Below are positions 36,455 through 48,229 of a DNA stretch of 64,000 nucleotides, piece after piece. A program made the translations under genes and the position numbers. The stretch is from Adineta vaga. Its lineage: Eukaryota > Animalia > Rotifera. The notes beneath the pieces are model-generated. The model had not been told where the DNA came from. It saw nothing but the letters and a program-made list of their open reading frames with translations, and did no database searches. The number at the start of each line of letters is the position of its first letter. The first letter of the stretch is position 1. Location: positions 17,236,001 to 17,300,000 of the forward strand of contig CP075493.1 of NCBI GenBank assembly GCA_021613535.1, given 5' to 3'.

Positions 36455-36718
36455 ATGAATGTATGTTGCGAATATGATTATTCAATTCCTTGTGATTTTG
36501 GTAGTGAAATTCATATAACATTTCAAGAACCTTCATCATATAAATATACAATACGTCATGATCTCCCAAAAACTGTTTGTGTTGATAACAGACCATTGAT
36601 ATGTTATCGAAAACCTGTTATTTACTGCGCTGAAATGGTACAATGTTGTACAAAATGTGTTAGATGTTGTACTAATTGTATTGCTATGGATTTAGGACCA
36701 AATGACAATATTATATGA
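36455..36718 (+). CDS. Small cysteine-rich hypothetical protein (87 aa)
   Basis: AAAATG start context; MNVCCEY...QCCTKCVRCCTNC; AATAAA downstream at about 36820. Confidence 0.55.
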   Translation: MNVCCEYDYSIPCDFGSEIHITFQEPSSYKYTIRHDLPKTVCVDNRPLICYRKPVIYCAEMVQCCTKCVRCCTNCIAMDLGPNDNII

Positions 36719-36954
36719 GAAGATATACATGTTTGGTTTACATTTGATGCTACGATATCATTTAATATAACTTTTATATGCTAACTTATCTTCTTTTTTT
36801 ATATATTTATTTCTAGAAAAATAAAACAATCTTGAAGGATGGATGAGAGTTTGATTCCATCGCGGAATTCAGTTGGTTCTCTTAGTGTATTTGGTAGTTG
36901 ATTTCGCAATGTTCAACATCTCGAAATAGAAAAGAAATATTTCTCTTCTCTCTA

Positions 36955-37089
36955 CTTGAGGGTGTGTGTGATGGTGGTATATTTATTGATCAATACCACA
37001 CCCACCCTTATAACCTTCACTTTTAAGGATGGGTGCGGGTGTGGGTGTATCTTCTTCACTTAAACCTACACTAGCACCCGCACCCTCAA
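36955..37089. repeat. Two adjacent telomere-repeat hairpin elements
   Basis: CTTGAGGGTGTGTGTG...CCACACCCACCCTTA (36955-37010) and TTAAGGATGGGTGCGGGTGTGGGTG-TATCTTCTTCAC...CACCCGCACCCTCAA (37023-37089). Confidence 0.8.
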
Positions 37090-37188
37090 CTTTCTTCTTT
37101 ATATATATATAGATAGAAGATAGAAGATAGCAAAAGAAGGTAAAGGATATTGCTAGTTATAGCTAATGATTCATTTTGATTTACCGTA

Positions 37189-38867
37189 TCATTGCTTTTT
37201 TTTAATGAAAAATTGAATATTGTCAGCCATGCAATAAGTTTCATCATCAGTTGCGTTAGTACTAGTGTTTGCGCTAGTTCTTACGAATCCAATTTTGAGT
37301 TGGAAACTGCGAATTTCGACATGCATGTTATCTGCCTGTGTTATCTGTTTCATTTCACCAGTTACTCTAGTTTCTAGAGAAGAAAATGAAAATTCCCAAA
37401 ATGTACCTCAACAGAGAATTGGCGCTATATATTACTTCGATAAATAGGTTTATATTTCAAACCATTCAAATCGACGAAAATGAGCTCAATATCGACATAT
37501 TGATTGCCCATACAAAGAATACTGGCCGAAAATTGATAATGGGCTTTGCCAGATGAAATTAGCAAGGTAAAATTTTCGAACGAAATAATTTGTGACATCG
37601 ACACAGCGCGAATCAAAGTGTAGGAGGACTTCACTCGAAAATAATATTTACCGAATTCTTTTGGGAAATCTTCTTTGTGCGCAACGAAGGCTATGATTCC
37701 ACTAGTTGAGGGATACCAGTCAGTCAGATCTGTATTGGTAGGGGTGAAGACCTTAAAACAAAAAATTGTAGATCAAGATGAATTATTCGTTTTATCTGTC
37801 TAGTAATAAAAAAAGAATTTTTGAGTCTTTCCAGCACTCTGCAATGCTAACCTAGAGAGCTTAGGTATGTTGTATTGTTGTGGCTTTTTTGAAAAGATTC
37901 ATGATTTCATTCAACCTGTTCTAGTCACCTGAGTACCAAGAACTATATTTTTCAAAACGAAGAAATTTGTGCTTACATTTCGTTCAGCATCACCATTAAC
38001 GATCAAATTGTTCGTATCAATTGGTCCCCATGTACCATTTGGTAGGACAGAATTATTTAGAATTGATCTTGTCAACTGTTGATCTGATATGACTACACCT
38101 GTCAAATTTACGTTTATCAAATAACTGACACCATGCTCATGTCTACTGAAAATGGTATTAGTAAAATTGCACCCGACCAACGATGCTCCGATGAAAATCA
38201 TTTGAAAAAATGTTGCTTGATTAAAACCCGACTGATCTAAAATTGCGAATTTGAACGAAGTTCGCAATAATCTTGCTTCGGAAAAGGTGGTTTTATACAT
38301 TGTAGAAAAGGAAAAATTGGACCGATCAATGTAACAGTTAATAAATGATGCGTTGGACAGGTAAACATTATATAAGTACAGATACTTAAAAGAGCAGCTG
38401 GCTCCGGTTGTTCCTCGGAAACGAATTCCATTGAAATCAGCATCCTTAAGTTCTAACAACGATGAGTTTGTTCGTGTTGCAGGACTATTGATCAGCTTAC
38501 TATCGTAAAGAAACATGAATAAATGTTTTTTTCTTTCTGAGTCGAGTTGACGAAGACTAGCCAATGTTTTTGCAAAAATTTGCATTAAACTTTTTTCTTT
38601 ATCCAAAATTAACAGATTGGAGACATCATCAAGATAGGTGGCATATATATTCTCTTTGTGTAAGTTATCTGCTTGATGTTCCGATTGCTGCCTTAGTAGA
38701 AGAGATTCTTGCTTGTCGTGTTTGCGTTCCAAAGTAGAGAGTTTCTGTTGCTGAATGGTAGTGATAATAGTAAAAACCCCAATCAGCAATGGAACCAATG
38801 CGGATAAAAGTAATTTCAACCAAGAACGACAATGAATTTCTTTAGTGTTTTTACTCCTGTTACACAT
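37189..38867 (-). CDS. TM-anchored pentapeptide-repeat protein, multi-exon
   Basis: TM 'LLLSALVPLLIGVFTII', coiled coil, A(D/N)F/L pentapeptide repeats, 'LPNGT', 'NLIVNGDAE'. Further exons at about 37752-37440 and 37370-37189 end 'YCMADNIQFFIKKKQ*'. Internal exon boundaries are approximate. Confidence 0.75.
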
Positions 38868-39469
38868 AGTTGATGATAGAGATGTTGTTGTTCAACGGAC
38901 TGATACGGTAAAAGTAACAAATGCATTTTTCTAGTGACACGTAGGCAAGAAGAAAAACAGACGGTGACGCATTTTTAATCACGTTTTCAACGAAGCGGTG
39001 AGGGTAAGAGTGCAAATAAATGACAGGCAAAAAGGTTCGACCCTTTTTCCTAAATTAATATTTTTCACCGCGAGCTTCCATACAGATCATTAATGAAATT
39101 ACGTAGTTTTGCAGAGAAAAACAAGACTTACTATCTGAAGAAAAATCGTCGATAAACTCAGATATCTGATAATCTTTGAGTCATTTTAAGACCCATGTGA
39201 ACGATATTTTCACCTTATATTTTTTTTTGATAAAATATACACATGACATGTAAGTTTATCCTTTACTTTATAAAAAATGTTCAATAATCACATTTTTCGA
39301 TGCGTTAGCCTTGCTTTCGGACGACTGCTTTCAATCGTTTCGGAATACTACTTAAGGTATACCAAAAGTTTCTGGCCACAGAATCTTTAGTTCGAAAAAA
39401 TCTTTAGTTTTAAAAGTTTTATTGCAGAAATACATAATAATATGTCTACTTTATAATACTGCATATATT

Positions 39470-40370
39470 AAACCTATTTTATTCTCTTTTCTGAAAGAAA
39501 GGGTTATACAGCGTTACAATCAGTGGCTTGAAATGCAAAAAGTTTGTCTGTCTGTCCGGCCCATCCAATCAGAATTCAGCATTCAGTAAATTGTTATTAT
39601 ACTATCGTATAAGGGTTGACCGAAGGGTAATCGCGGTCGAGGATCTCGAATCCGATGTTAGTTTTTGAAAATTCCAATTAATTAATTAGCTAATTAACTC
39701 ATCATCAACCATTATGCTATCATATAAGGGTCGACCGAAGGGTAATCGAGGTCGAGGATCTCGAATCTGACGTTACTTTTTCGCAATTCTAATTAGTTAA
39801 TTAATTAGCTAATTAAGAAATGATGACTTCTAATATTTCGTATAAAGTTTGACAAAAGGGTAATCGAGATTGAGGAATTGGAATCCTTTATAGTAATACA
39901 AAGTCAGTGCCGTTTTGAAGAAAAGACCAAAGGAAATTCACTAATTCGTTTTGGAAATGAATCAAAAGTGGACGAAACAATGAAGGCGTTCATGTTAACG
40001 GCTAGCCGTAAGTGGCCGACCGGAGGGAGGCCGACGAACGACTAGACGTTGATTTAGAGAGTGATAGTTCAAAATATGGATTTGAATGACTTTCACGTGC
40101 TTTGGATGTTTCTTCGAAGGAACTTAATTGATGATCTACGAGAACGAATCCGACAAAGTTCTGTTTCCTGAAAATAAAAATGAAACCTGTACTGGAAACG
40201 GCGCGATCATGCAAATTTTTTAAGTCTTCGGTTATGAATTGATCTATTATGATGAGCGAATCTCTTGCATTACACGCACATGATTGAAAGGAAAATAGAG
40301 AAAAGGCCATGCATGTTAGCGACTAGTCGCGAGTAACCGACCGGGGGAGGCCGACGAGCGATTAGACGTT
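39470..40370 (+). mobile_element. Helitron/Helentron-like non-autonomous element with ~117-bp tandem repeats and a duplicated 3' end
   Basis: GTCTGTCTGTCC microsatellite near the 5' end. Three copies of 'AAGGG..GACCGAAGGGTAATCG.GGTCGAGGATCTCGAATC' (39610-39885). GC-rich ends 'CCGACCGG.GG(G)AGGCCGACGA.CGA.TAGACGTT' at about 40016 and 40337. Confidence 0.6.
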
Positions 40371-40474
40371 TGTTTAAGAGCCTTATATGAAGGAAAATAA
40401 GTATGGGTCATGCATTTTTGAGAAGTATGAAGCGATCAGATCCATGAATATTTACGAACAGCACTTGTTTTTGC

Positions 40475-40636
40475 TGAGGGTGAGGGTGTGGGTGGGTGTG
40501 GGTGGGTGTGGGTGTGGTGGGTGAGGGTGTGGGTGTGGGGGTGTGGGTGTGGGTGAGCGTGTGGGTGTGGTGGGTGTTGTGTGGGTGTGGGTGAGGGTGT
40601 GGGTGTTCAGTCTTCATCCACACCCACACCCACACC
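40475..40636. repeat. Telomere-repeat hairpin with a greatly expanded (TGTGGG/TGAGGG)n left arm
   Basis: About 130 bp of irregular TGTGGG/TGAGGG, spacer TTCAGTCTTCAT, then (CCACAC)3-like arm. Confidence 0.9.
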
Positions 40637-40837
40637 TTCTTCACAGCATGTTGATATAGCAATCTATTTCAACACCAGCAATTACAAAGAATCAAAGATT
40701 AAAAAAAACGAAAACATTACTCGAACCCCAATTTTAAACCTAATTTTATATTTTGTAGATGAGATCCCCAAAGAATGAAAAGAGTAGTATCTGAGGGTGA
40801 GGGTGAGGGTGAGGGTGAGAACATTTGCCACAAAACT

Positions 40838-41122
40838 AGAATTACATGAATTCCCTACGACTATATATAGTTTCAACCTTATTCAACGGTCAAAATCTTC
40901 AGGTAGGACTGAATTACTGCATGAAAATTCAAAAGAAATTTGAAAAGATTAATAAAAATCTTCCAAAATATCAAATTAAATTCAAAAGTAGAAGAGAGAA
41001 ATTTTTATTAATTTTTTCAAATTTCTTTTAAATTTTCATGCAGTAATTCAGTCCTACCTGAAGATTTTGACCGTTGAATAAGGTTGAAACTATATATAGT
41101 CGTAGGGAATTCATATAATTCT
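40838..41122. repeat. Near-perfect 285-bp palindrome (foldback MITE) nested inside a telomere-repeat hairpin (40791-41134)
   Basis: AGAATTACATGAATTCCCTACGACTATATATAGTTTCAACC... / ...GGTTGAAACTATATATAGTCGTAGGGAATTCATATAATTCT; arms about 120 bp, nearly perfect. Confidence 0.92.
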
Positions 41123-41894
41123 CACACCCTCAAGAAAATTAAAATTGCTTTTCTTCGATATATTCATTTTATAAAATATTCAGAAGAATATTTTTCATTG
41201 ATAGCGATTGATTTCGTCGAAAAAAAACCGTAAAGTAAAATGTCGAAAATGGGGATGAAGGTAACATAAATGTACTAAAAATAGTTTCAGTATTTTTTTT
41301 TGACATGCTATCTTTCGATCTTTCCAATTTCATTCTTTTTATCAGCTTTAGCGTCTATGCAAAAACTTTCCAACTAGAAGTTTTTCATTTTACTAATTTA
41401 GATTTTGAAATCAATTCGAATAATAAAATATACTTTATATCTCACCCCTTTGGTCAACCTATGATTATTGTATTGCATAAAATGAGTTTAGTTCTAATTG
41501 AACGAATAATTCATACTCTATATAGGGAATACATATGTACGTGTAACGCATCCTAACAGAGCAGAAGAGAAATCGATAGAATTGTTTTGTTAAGTGAGAA
41601 CTATCCCAAATGGTACTCGCCATTTAGGCTTGTTTGATCAGATTACAAGTTGACTGAAAAGATTCATGGGAACAAGCCATTTTAGGCTTGTACTAGTCTC
41701 ACTGAGATCTCTTTGTGAGTCTAACATAACCTCAAACGATGAGTATCTCTGTATCATTATTGTAATGGCTTAATAGTCTATTCTACGGTGCGGTACACTA
41801 CTATGGAGCTGGAGCTTCTAGTCAAGAAGTTTTCCGGTCAGACTTTAAGCCTAGACCGAACTTTAAGTATTCGAATTTCGAAAAGAATTGCTAA

Positions 41895-42655
41895 TTATAC
41901 AACGAAATAGATGATGTTTGAAAGATGCTTATGTAACTTTGTACCTGTAGAATCAAATGTTGTCAGTGCATATGAAGAAACCGTTTGATTAGTTTTGCCC
42001 ATAATACGGTTTCTAATAACAAGTGTTCTTAAATGGAGTGAATTAGAGAGTATGGTACGATATTGATGATAAGAACAATCTCTGATTGTCAGATGTTCTA
42101 ATGTACTTTGAACAGGCCATACTATTTGATTAGTTAAATAATTTAGATTAATTAAACGTAGTTTTTGAAGATTGGTTTGAACGACAACTGGAAAGATAAT
42201 TGAGAAGGCTGTATTATTGTCCGCTCGCTCAACCACATTGATTGTTAGTGAGACTACAGAATTAATGGTGATATTAAGAAAAAATTCATTCATTTGATTG
42301 CAGTTGACTTTATAGAGAGTCAATGAACGAAGTCTAGTGAATTGGCTGATGTTGACGTTTGATGAAAAAAGATTGATGTACCATTGGTGGTCATTGGAAC
42401 CATAGAATATAAGTGAAATGACATTAAAAGGTTGAACGAGACGAGAAATAATTTTAAAGGAAGGATATCTCTTTGAAGTGGAGTTGTCAGTTGAATTGTA
42501 ATGGAATTGAAAACGATTATAGGAATTGACAACTGCATGAAGTTATTTGCAAACCGAACGGATTGAAAGAACAATGGTGTGAGCATCGAGATGATCAAAG
42601 ATACGATGTAGAAGTTCAACAGGCAAACAGACAAGCGGTGAGTTTGACGTTTATC
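41895..42655 (-). pseudogene. F-box/LRR pseudogene (premature stop, 3' truncated)
   Basis: 'LPVELLHRIFDHLDAHTIVLSIRSVCK*LHAVVNSY' parallels the N-terminus of 61887-63703 and continues into ORF 41895-42323. Confidence 0.75.
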
Positions 42656-43288
42656 TAAAAATTTAGAATAAATTAAAAAGTCCTAAACTAATTGGTTACT
42701 CCTTCGTATAAATGCGATATTTTATGACACTCCACAGCGAAGAAGTTGGTAAGAAACTAAACTTACATAATTGTGACGGTATTCAAACTTTACTTACATT
42801 CTATCTCGTATCTGGTTATTTTCATTCTAAAGCGCAAGCGATTTATATAACAAAATACCCACTAACTTATCTTTTATCCTAAAAGCATGTGCATGCAAAA
42901 TATAAGTTCTTGCCTCATGTTGACGACAATATATATATACAAATACTTCAGACGTTATCAAATCTGTAGAACAGAAACTCTGTCTTTAAAACAAACTAAA
43001 CAAATTATTTGCTTATATGCATTCAAATAGCTCATGCTAGTAATATCGAGTATAAATATATTTTGTCAAACAAACTAGATAATAGAATACAATCTGGCTA
43101 TACTTTCAAATAATTGCTAATGCTATTGGAATTAGATTCTTATTAATAATAAGATTTATCGATATTTATTTGTGATGTTTCATTGTTTTAATGATGTGAG
43201 GGTATGCGTGTTGGTATAGACATGAAAATACAGGTGTGGATGGGATGCAAGATCGAAAGACCATACACAGGGTACAACGATTTTTGAT

Positions 43289-43329
43289 AGGGTGTGGGTG
43301 TGATCTTAAACTCACACCGCCCCCTCAAC
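43289..43329. repeat. Telomere-repeat hairpin element
   Basis: AGGGTGTGGGTGTG-ATCTTAAACT-CACACCGCCCCCTCAAC. Confidence 0.7.
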
Positions 43330-43664
43330 TTTAGGAATTACAAAATAGTCTCATTGATTCCAGACGATCAGTGGACAACTCTGAGAAATCTCATGGAGTC
43401 TTGAAGAATGCTTGGGAATATTGACGAATTCTAAAGTATCATGGAAAATTTATAGGAATTTAGGATCTCGCTTTGTTTCCCATCTGTGATTAGCTAGTTT
43501 TTATAGTTATTACTATTACCTATACTAAAACTCTGTCCTACGTGTCGCTCACTTTATATCTCAATATAAGGTGAGTAGAAAGAACAAAACAAATTCATTT
43601 TTTCCAACTTTCTTCAAAGATAAGAGATAATATCGTTACTAACAAAAAAAAACCTTTGCTCTGT

Positions 43665-43724
43665 AGAGTGGTTGTGAGTGTGGGTATCTCTCATCTCACA
43701 CCCTCACCAACTCACACCCTCAAG
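43665..43724. repeat. Telomere-repeat hairpin element
   Basis: AGAGTGGTTGTGAGTGTGGG-TATCTCTCATCT-CACACCCTCACCAACTCACACCCTCAAG. Confidence 0.8.
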
Positions 43725-43967
43725 ATATAATGTGAGAAAGATTTTTCATCAATCGTGCAAAACTTTAAAAGCATGTCGTAAATGAAATAAATAGGTGCTG
43801 TCAGTGCAAAAAATATGATTTGTGTAGAATTGCTAAAAATATTGAAGGTATGCTAAAAGTTATTTCATGTATTTTTAATGTACACGGATCCTTCCGTTCC
43901 ATCGACATCCGCGATCGTTAGATTATTTTCTATAACAAAAAAATATTTTGAAAAAAAATCACTTTTT

Positions 43968-45104
43968 CTAGCTTGACAAACAATAATTATCTCTGAAGTT
44001 CACGGTTAATATCTTATTTCTTCGTCTATTTACTCCTTTCATCAAGTAGTTTTTACAGAAACGTCCGAAATCCAATATTTTCCTTATGCGTCTTCCTGAC
44101 CAGGTGTTCGTATAAAATTCAGTCATATAAACATTTGATGGATACACGAACATTAGCCAAGTAAGATCTATCGGAATATATGGTAATGCTTGAATGATGA
44201 TTTTAATAATGTATTCTACAGTAGAAATTCCACAGTACCAATATCCCCGCCCAAAAGGTCTTATTGAATACCATGTTTGATATGGAATAACACAGAGAAA
44301 AACCACAATTAGTGGGACGAATATAAACAAATGTTTTCTTAGTACTTTGAAAAAGTTTTTTTTTCTTGATTCCTGAACAGTACCATAGTGATATATATGT
44401 TGGGCAAAATGAATCAGAACAAGTAAAGTTCCGATTACGTAGATGAGACCTGCAAGAAACCCAGCCCCATGAAACCATCGGTATGTTCCACGTGACGTTG
44501 GTGTGTTATGTGATGGAACAAATTCACATCGGTAGATCAGCATTGCTACGCTAGTTAGAGTAGTAATAGAAAAAGTAAGAAGTAATGTGATGACTGATCG
44601 CCACCGTGTCGCATTCATTTTAAAATTAAAGCAAGTGATAAGAGCACGTTCAAATACAACGAGGGTGCTCAGAGAAAGACAGACTAAAGCGGCCACTTGA
44701 TCTCCACTCTTTTTAAGAAAACAATCAAATGTTTCAGACAGTTCTTGGTTTTTTCTGAAGGAATATGGTTTGAAGTATTGCATAGATTGATTAACTGCAA
44801 GCAATACACTTCCGATCATAGATATAATTGAGTAAAGAATGAGATAGACACCAATGTTGGTACGACGTACACGTTTACAACCTAGGAAGACTTCAAGACT
44901 AAGTAGATTATTCACAAGTGATAAACATAACTTCGCTAAAAAAATAATTAGATAAACATATTCCTTGTTAAATGGAATTCGCCGTTTGTTTGGAATTGGA
45001 TATGAACAGTTAATACCCTCGAAACATGGATGGCACTGACAATAACTTGTATTCGACGAATTGCTTAATATGAGTAGACCACCATTTAAACATTCAGAAG
45101 ACAT
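43968..45104 (-). CDS. EGF-like domain plus 7-TM (rhodopsin-like GPCR-type) protein
   Basis: 'CLNGG...CQCHPCFEGINC' EGF, seven hydrophobic segments, 'VFERA' (DRY-like), 'MFVYPSNVY' end; ATG directly follows a splice-acceptor-like TTACTAG. Confidence 0.75.
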   Translation of the reverse strand: MSSECLNGGLLILSNSSNTSYCQCHPCFEGINCSYPIPNKRRIPFNKEYVYLIIFLAKLCLSLVNNLLSLEVFLGCKRVRRTNIGVYLILYSIISMIGSVLLAVNQSMQYFKPYSFRKNQELSETFDCFLKKSGDQVAALVCLSLSTLVVFERALITCFNFKMNATRWRSVITLLLTFSITTLTSVAMLIYRCEFVPSHNTPTSRGTYRWFHGAGFLAGLIYVIGTLLVLIHFAQHIYHYGTVQESRKKNFFKVLRKHLFIFVPLIVVFLCVIPYQTWYSIRPFGRGYWYCGISTVEYIIKIIIQALPYIPIDLTWLMFVYPSNVYMTEFYTNTWSGRRIRKILDFGRFCKNYLMKGVNRRRNKILTVNFRDNYCLSS

Positions 45105-45371
45105 CTAGTAAGTGTACTGTGTTAGAACAAAAGTTTTCAAATAAATCTTCCTAGGCTACACCCTCAAAAATATTCATGTGAATTATACCTATGTAATAAC
45201 GTTGAGTGTCTGTCTGTCTCCGTGTTACCGGGTTAATGATGAAAGGTTAAAAAAACATCAGTTAGCATCCTTATAACCTGACAGTGGGTGAAACCGGGTA
45301 AGAGAGGATAGGGATGGGTGGAAATGGATGAAATAAGGTAGAAATGGGTGGAATGATCAGTCACCCAGTTC

Positions 45372-45507
45372 CGCAATGTTGAACATATCAGGAACCAGTT
45401 CCGGCAGGGAATCGATTTCGTTCAATCTCGAGTGGGTCTCTTACGTTGTGTGTCGATCGAGTTCCTGGAATAAGACGGAACTGATTCCTGCAATGTTCCG
45501 CATTACG
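45372..45507. mobile_element. Small MITE/hairpin (~135 bp)
   Basis: CGCAATGTTGAACATATCAGGAACCAGTTCCG pairs with CGGAACTGATTCCTGCAATGTTCCGCATTACG. Confidence 0.6.
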
Positions 45508-46010
45508 TAATAGGATGTATTCTCAATAGTTGAAATTTTTCTAACAGTCTCGATACGCTTCTACAGTGTCTTATGAGAGATTTTTTGTATTGCCATTCTT
45601 TCTCTTTCATTTCACCAAGATTGACACCTATTTACTCACCTTGAAGTGGAACTGATAATTTATCTATGTCATGCAATAAAACCTGACAACTGTTTTCATA
45701 AATCTTTCTCTATGAATGGAAGAATGAAATAATAAAACAAAAAAAATCAAATACATTCTCACCAGAATATTGATTCTGTATGATGTGTCAATAATTATTT
45801 TTTAGTATTACTTTATTCTCTATGTTTTTTTTTCTACATTTTATGCGATCAACAAAAATATGTCAATAGTACAAATAGGCATCATTCATTTTTTATTAGT
45901 CTTTCATTCTGAAAGCAAACGAAACTTAAACGAGTTTATATGTGTCAATGTCAGCACGTGTAATTCAACCAGATTTTATAACGGACAATGAATGTTACAT
46001 TAACTATCCT

Positions 46011-46100
46011 AGAGGGTATGGGTGTGTGCTGGGTGTGGAGTGAGGGGTGGGTGTCAATGATATAGAAGACGATGCACCCACACCCACACCCACACCCTCT
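46011..46100. repeat. Telomere-repeat hairpin element
   Basis: AGAGGGTATGGGTGTG...GGGTGT-CAATGATATAGAAGACGATG-CACCCACACCCACACCCACACCCTCT. Confidence 0.85.
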
Positions 46101-46397
46101 TTCCTTTTAAATCCACTCCTACCCCTCCATAGAACTGCCTATTATCAGACGCTCGCTGCAAGTCATTCTCTAGTTTATAACCTTCACTTTCACTCCATAC
46201 AGATAGAGTAGTCATTTCACTCCAGATTCAGTTTTTTTTGAGAACCCAACTCAGGCATTGCAGTTGTTTATCTTGGATGCAAACACCAACACCCCCACCC
46301 CCGATGACCATTCTGACCCCATGTCGACCTTTCTCTGGACCTGAGGAAGCACTGTGGAAAGTTTGGGAATGTTAGCTGTCACGGAACTGCCTGAGTG

Positions 46398-47002
46398 AAA
46401 GGACGAGGGCGGATAAGACTATCTACTCGGCTTACACTAGAGTTGATTTATCTATATATGAATGGAATCAGGGATGGCCCCTGATTACTTTTCTCCAGTT
46501 TTTTTCGCGAAAACTCACATTGATCATTTCGACCTCTGGGGTACCCCCCTCCCCCCACGAATCATCAGAAAAAGAATTTCGATTTTCATCAGTGAAAACT
46601 AGATACATTTGCAGAGTCAAAGGTTCTGATCACAAATATCACAACTAAACCTCTGATAACATCTTTAGTTTCACTTAGCTCCGACTACACTATATGCCTC
46701 ATATTACTTCTGGGCTCCCTCGATTGAGCACGAGGAAATACGGTCCGAGCGAAATATAAAATAAAGATTTTTTGTAAACTCTATTTATGATATTTGTGAT
46801 CAGAACTTTTGGCTCTGCAAATGTATCTAGTTCTTACTGATGAAAATCGAAGCTGTTTTTCTTAGAGGTCGAAATGATCAATGTGAGTTTTCGCGAAGCA
46901 AGCTGGAAAAAAGTAATCAGGGACTAACCCTGATTCCATTCATATATAAATAAATCGATTCAAACGTGTGCCGAAAAACGGTCTTGCCCGCCCTCGTCCT
47001 TT
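46398..47002. mobile_element. ~605-bp foldback MITE
   Basis: Ends AAAGGACGAGGGCGG / CCGCCCTCGTCCTTT; long arms such as TATATATGAATGGAATCAGGG, TTCGCGAAAACTCACATTGATCATTTCGACCTCT and CTAGATACATTTGCAGAG are mirrored. Confidence 0.85.
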
Positions 47003-48197
47003 GCTATTTGTATCTAGAAGTCATTTGAATATGAGATGGATGTTGTAAGGCTATAAGCTTCCTCAGATCAAACGAGACAGATACAAATTATTGACGACTG
47101 TGTGTGAGCAATATTGTATACTTACGTATTTTGATGAGAAGAAATGATTTGAAAATGATATACAATTTGCTACTGAAGCATGCATTATTATAAACTAGTC
47201 TCTCTCATTTTTTTCTCTTGTTACAGATGGATTATTTTCTACCTACACCTAGTTATTCGATTTTTCTTTTTCATTCAACTATCTGTATGTACAGGTAGCT
47301 ACATGTGATACATTCAGAATAATTACTGCATGTTTATACAGCACAAACGCACAGAGAATCGAAAGAAATATCATTTAGCCTATATTCACTTCCTCAAAAC
47401 AAGACAAGCTATGCTGTTTATCATGAGAGTGAAGGCTCAGCAGAAACAAATAAAAATATAAGATTTTTTTGTAATTTTCAAATTTATTCAATTTTTCGAT
47501 GTTTTTGATAAATATTTCAGTGAAAGAAATGAGCGAATAAATGGCTAACACAAAAGATGAATAAATAAATAATGGTCATCGAGACAGATTCACTTAGGCT
47601 TCGATTGGGTTAATGAATGTGATTAACCGAAAATCATCATATAAAGGCAACACTTATCTACTCAGAGTGGTAAACCTGTGCAATTTTTTCATGAACATAA
47701 CAATAAATGTTACCGGGAGCAGCTGGTGGTTCGTCGGTGCCACTCATTATTAGCCACTCTAAAGGCATTTCCAGTGTTCCCGATCTGCGAATATGTGACA
47801 CCACTCGATTTTTATGAATAATACTGTAAACACCTATAAAAATAATTAGGTTAAGTCAAATAGCAAGTTGACATTAGAATATAGGGTAGATAGTTATGAG
47901 TGTTCGTATGTGTTTTTTCATGATCGATAACGTCCGTAATATTCTCTACCTGCACAAAAAAAAATAAGAATATAAGCGTAGACTACTGGGTGAGAATAAA
48001 ATGAAGGATGAGAATGAGCCAAGCTGCTATGGCCGCAAATATTGAAGACAAGTACTTCTAAGAACTTTCGTATTTGTGCACCAGTGCTCTTTAACACAAA
48101 ACTGTTGCCGTGGAAAAATCTAATGAACTTACAACTCTCATACTCATCTTGAACAAGTGGGAAAACTGCTCAAGTACTTTCGACTTTCTATGATAGA

Positions 48198-48229
48198 AGG
48201 ATGTGAGTGAATGCACACCCATACCCTAG
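48198..48229. repeat. Telomere-repeat hairpin element (short, degenerate)
   Basis: AGGATGTGAGTG-AATG-CACACCCATACCCTAG. Confidence 0.55.

Noticed and set aside
37086-37188. Idea that the hairpin terminus supplies the stop codon of the pentapeptide gene
   Set aside because: Counting the A-run shows the frame stops earlier, at 37191-37189
40408-40876. ORFs rich in HP/TP/VW dipeptides (also 12066-12260 and 52859-53261)
   Set aside because: Translation artefacts of the TGTGGG/CCCACA repeats
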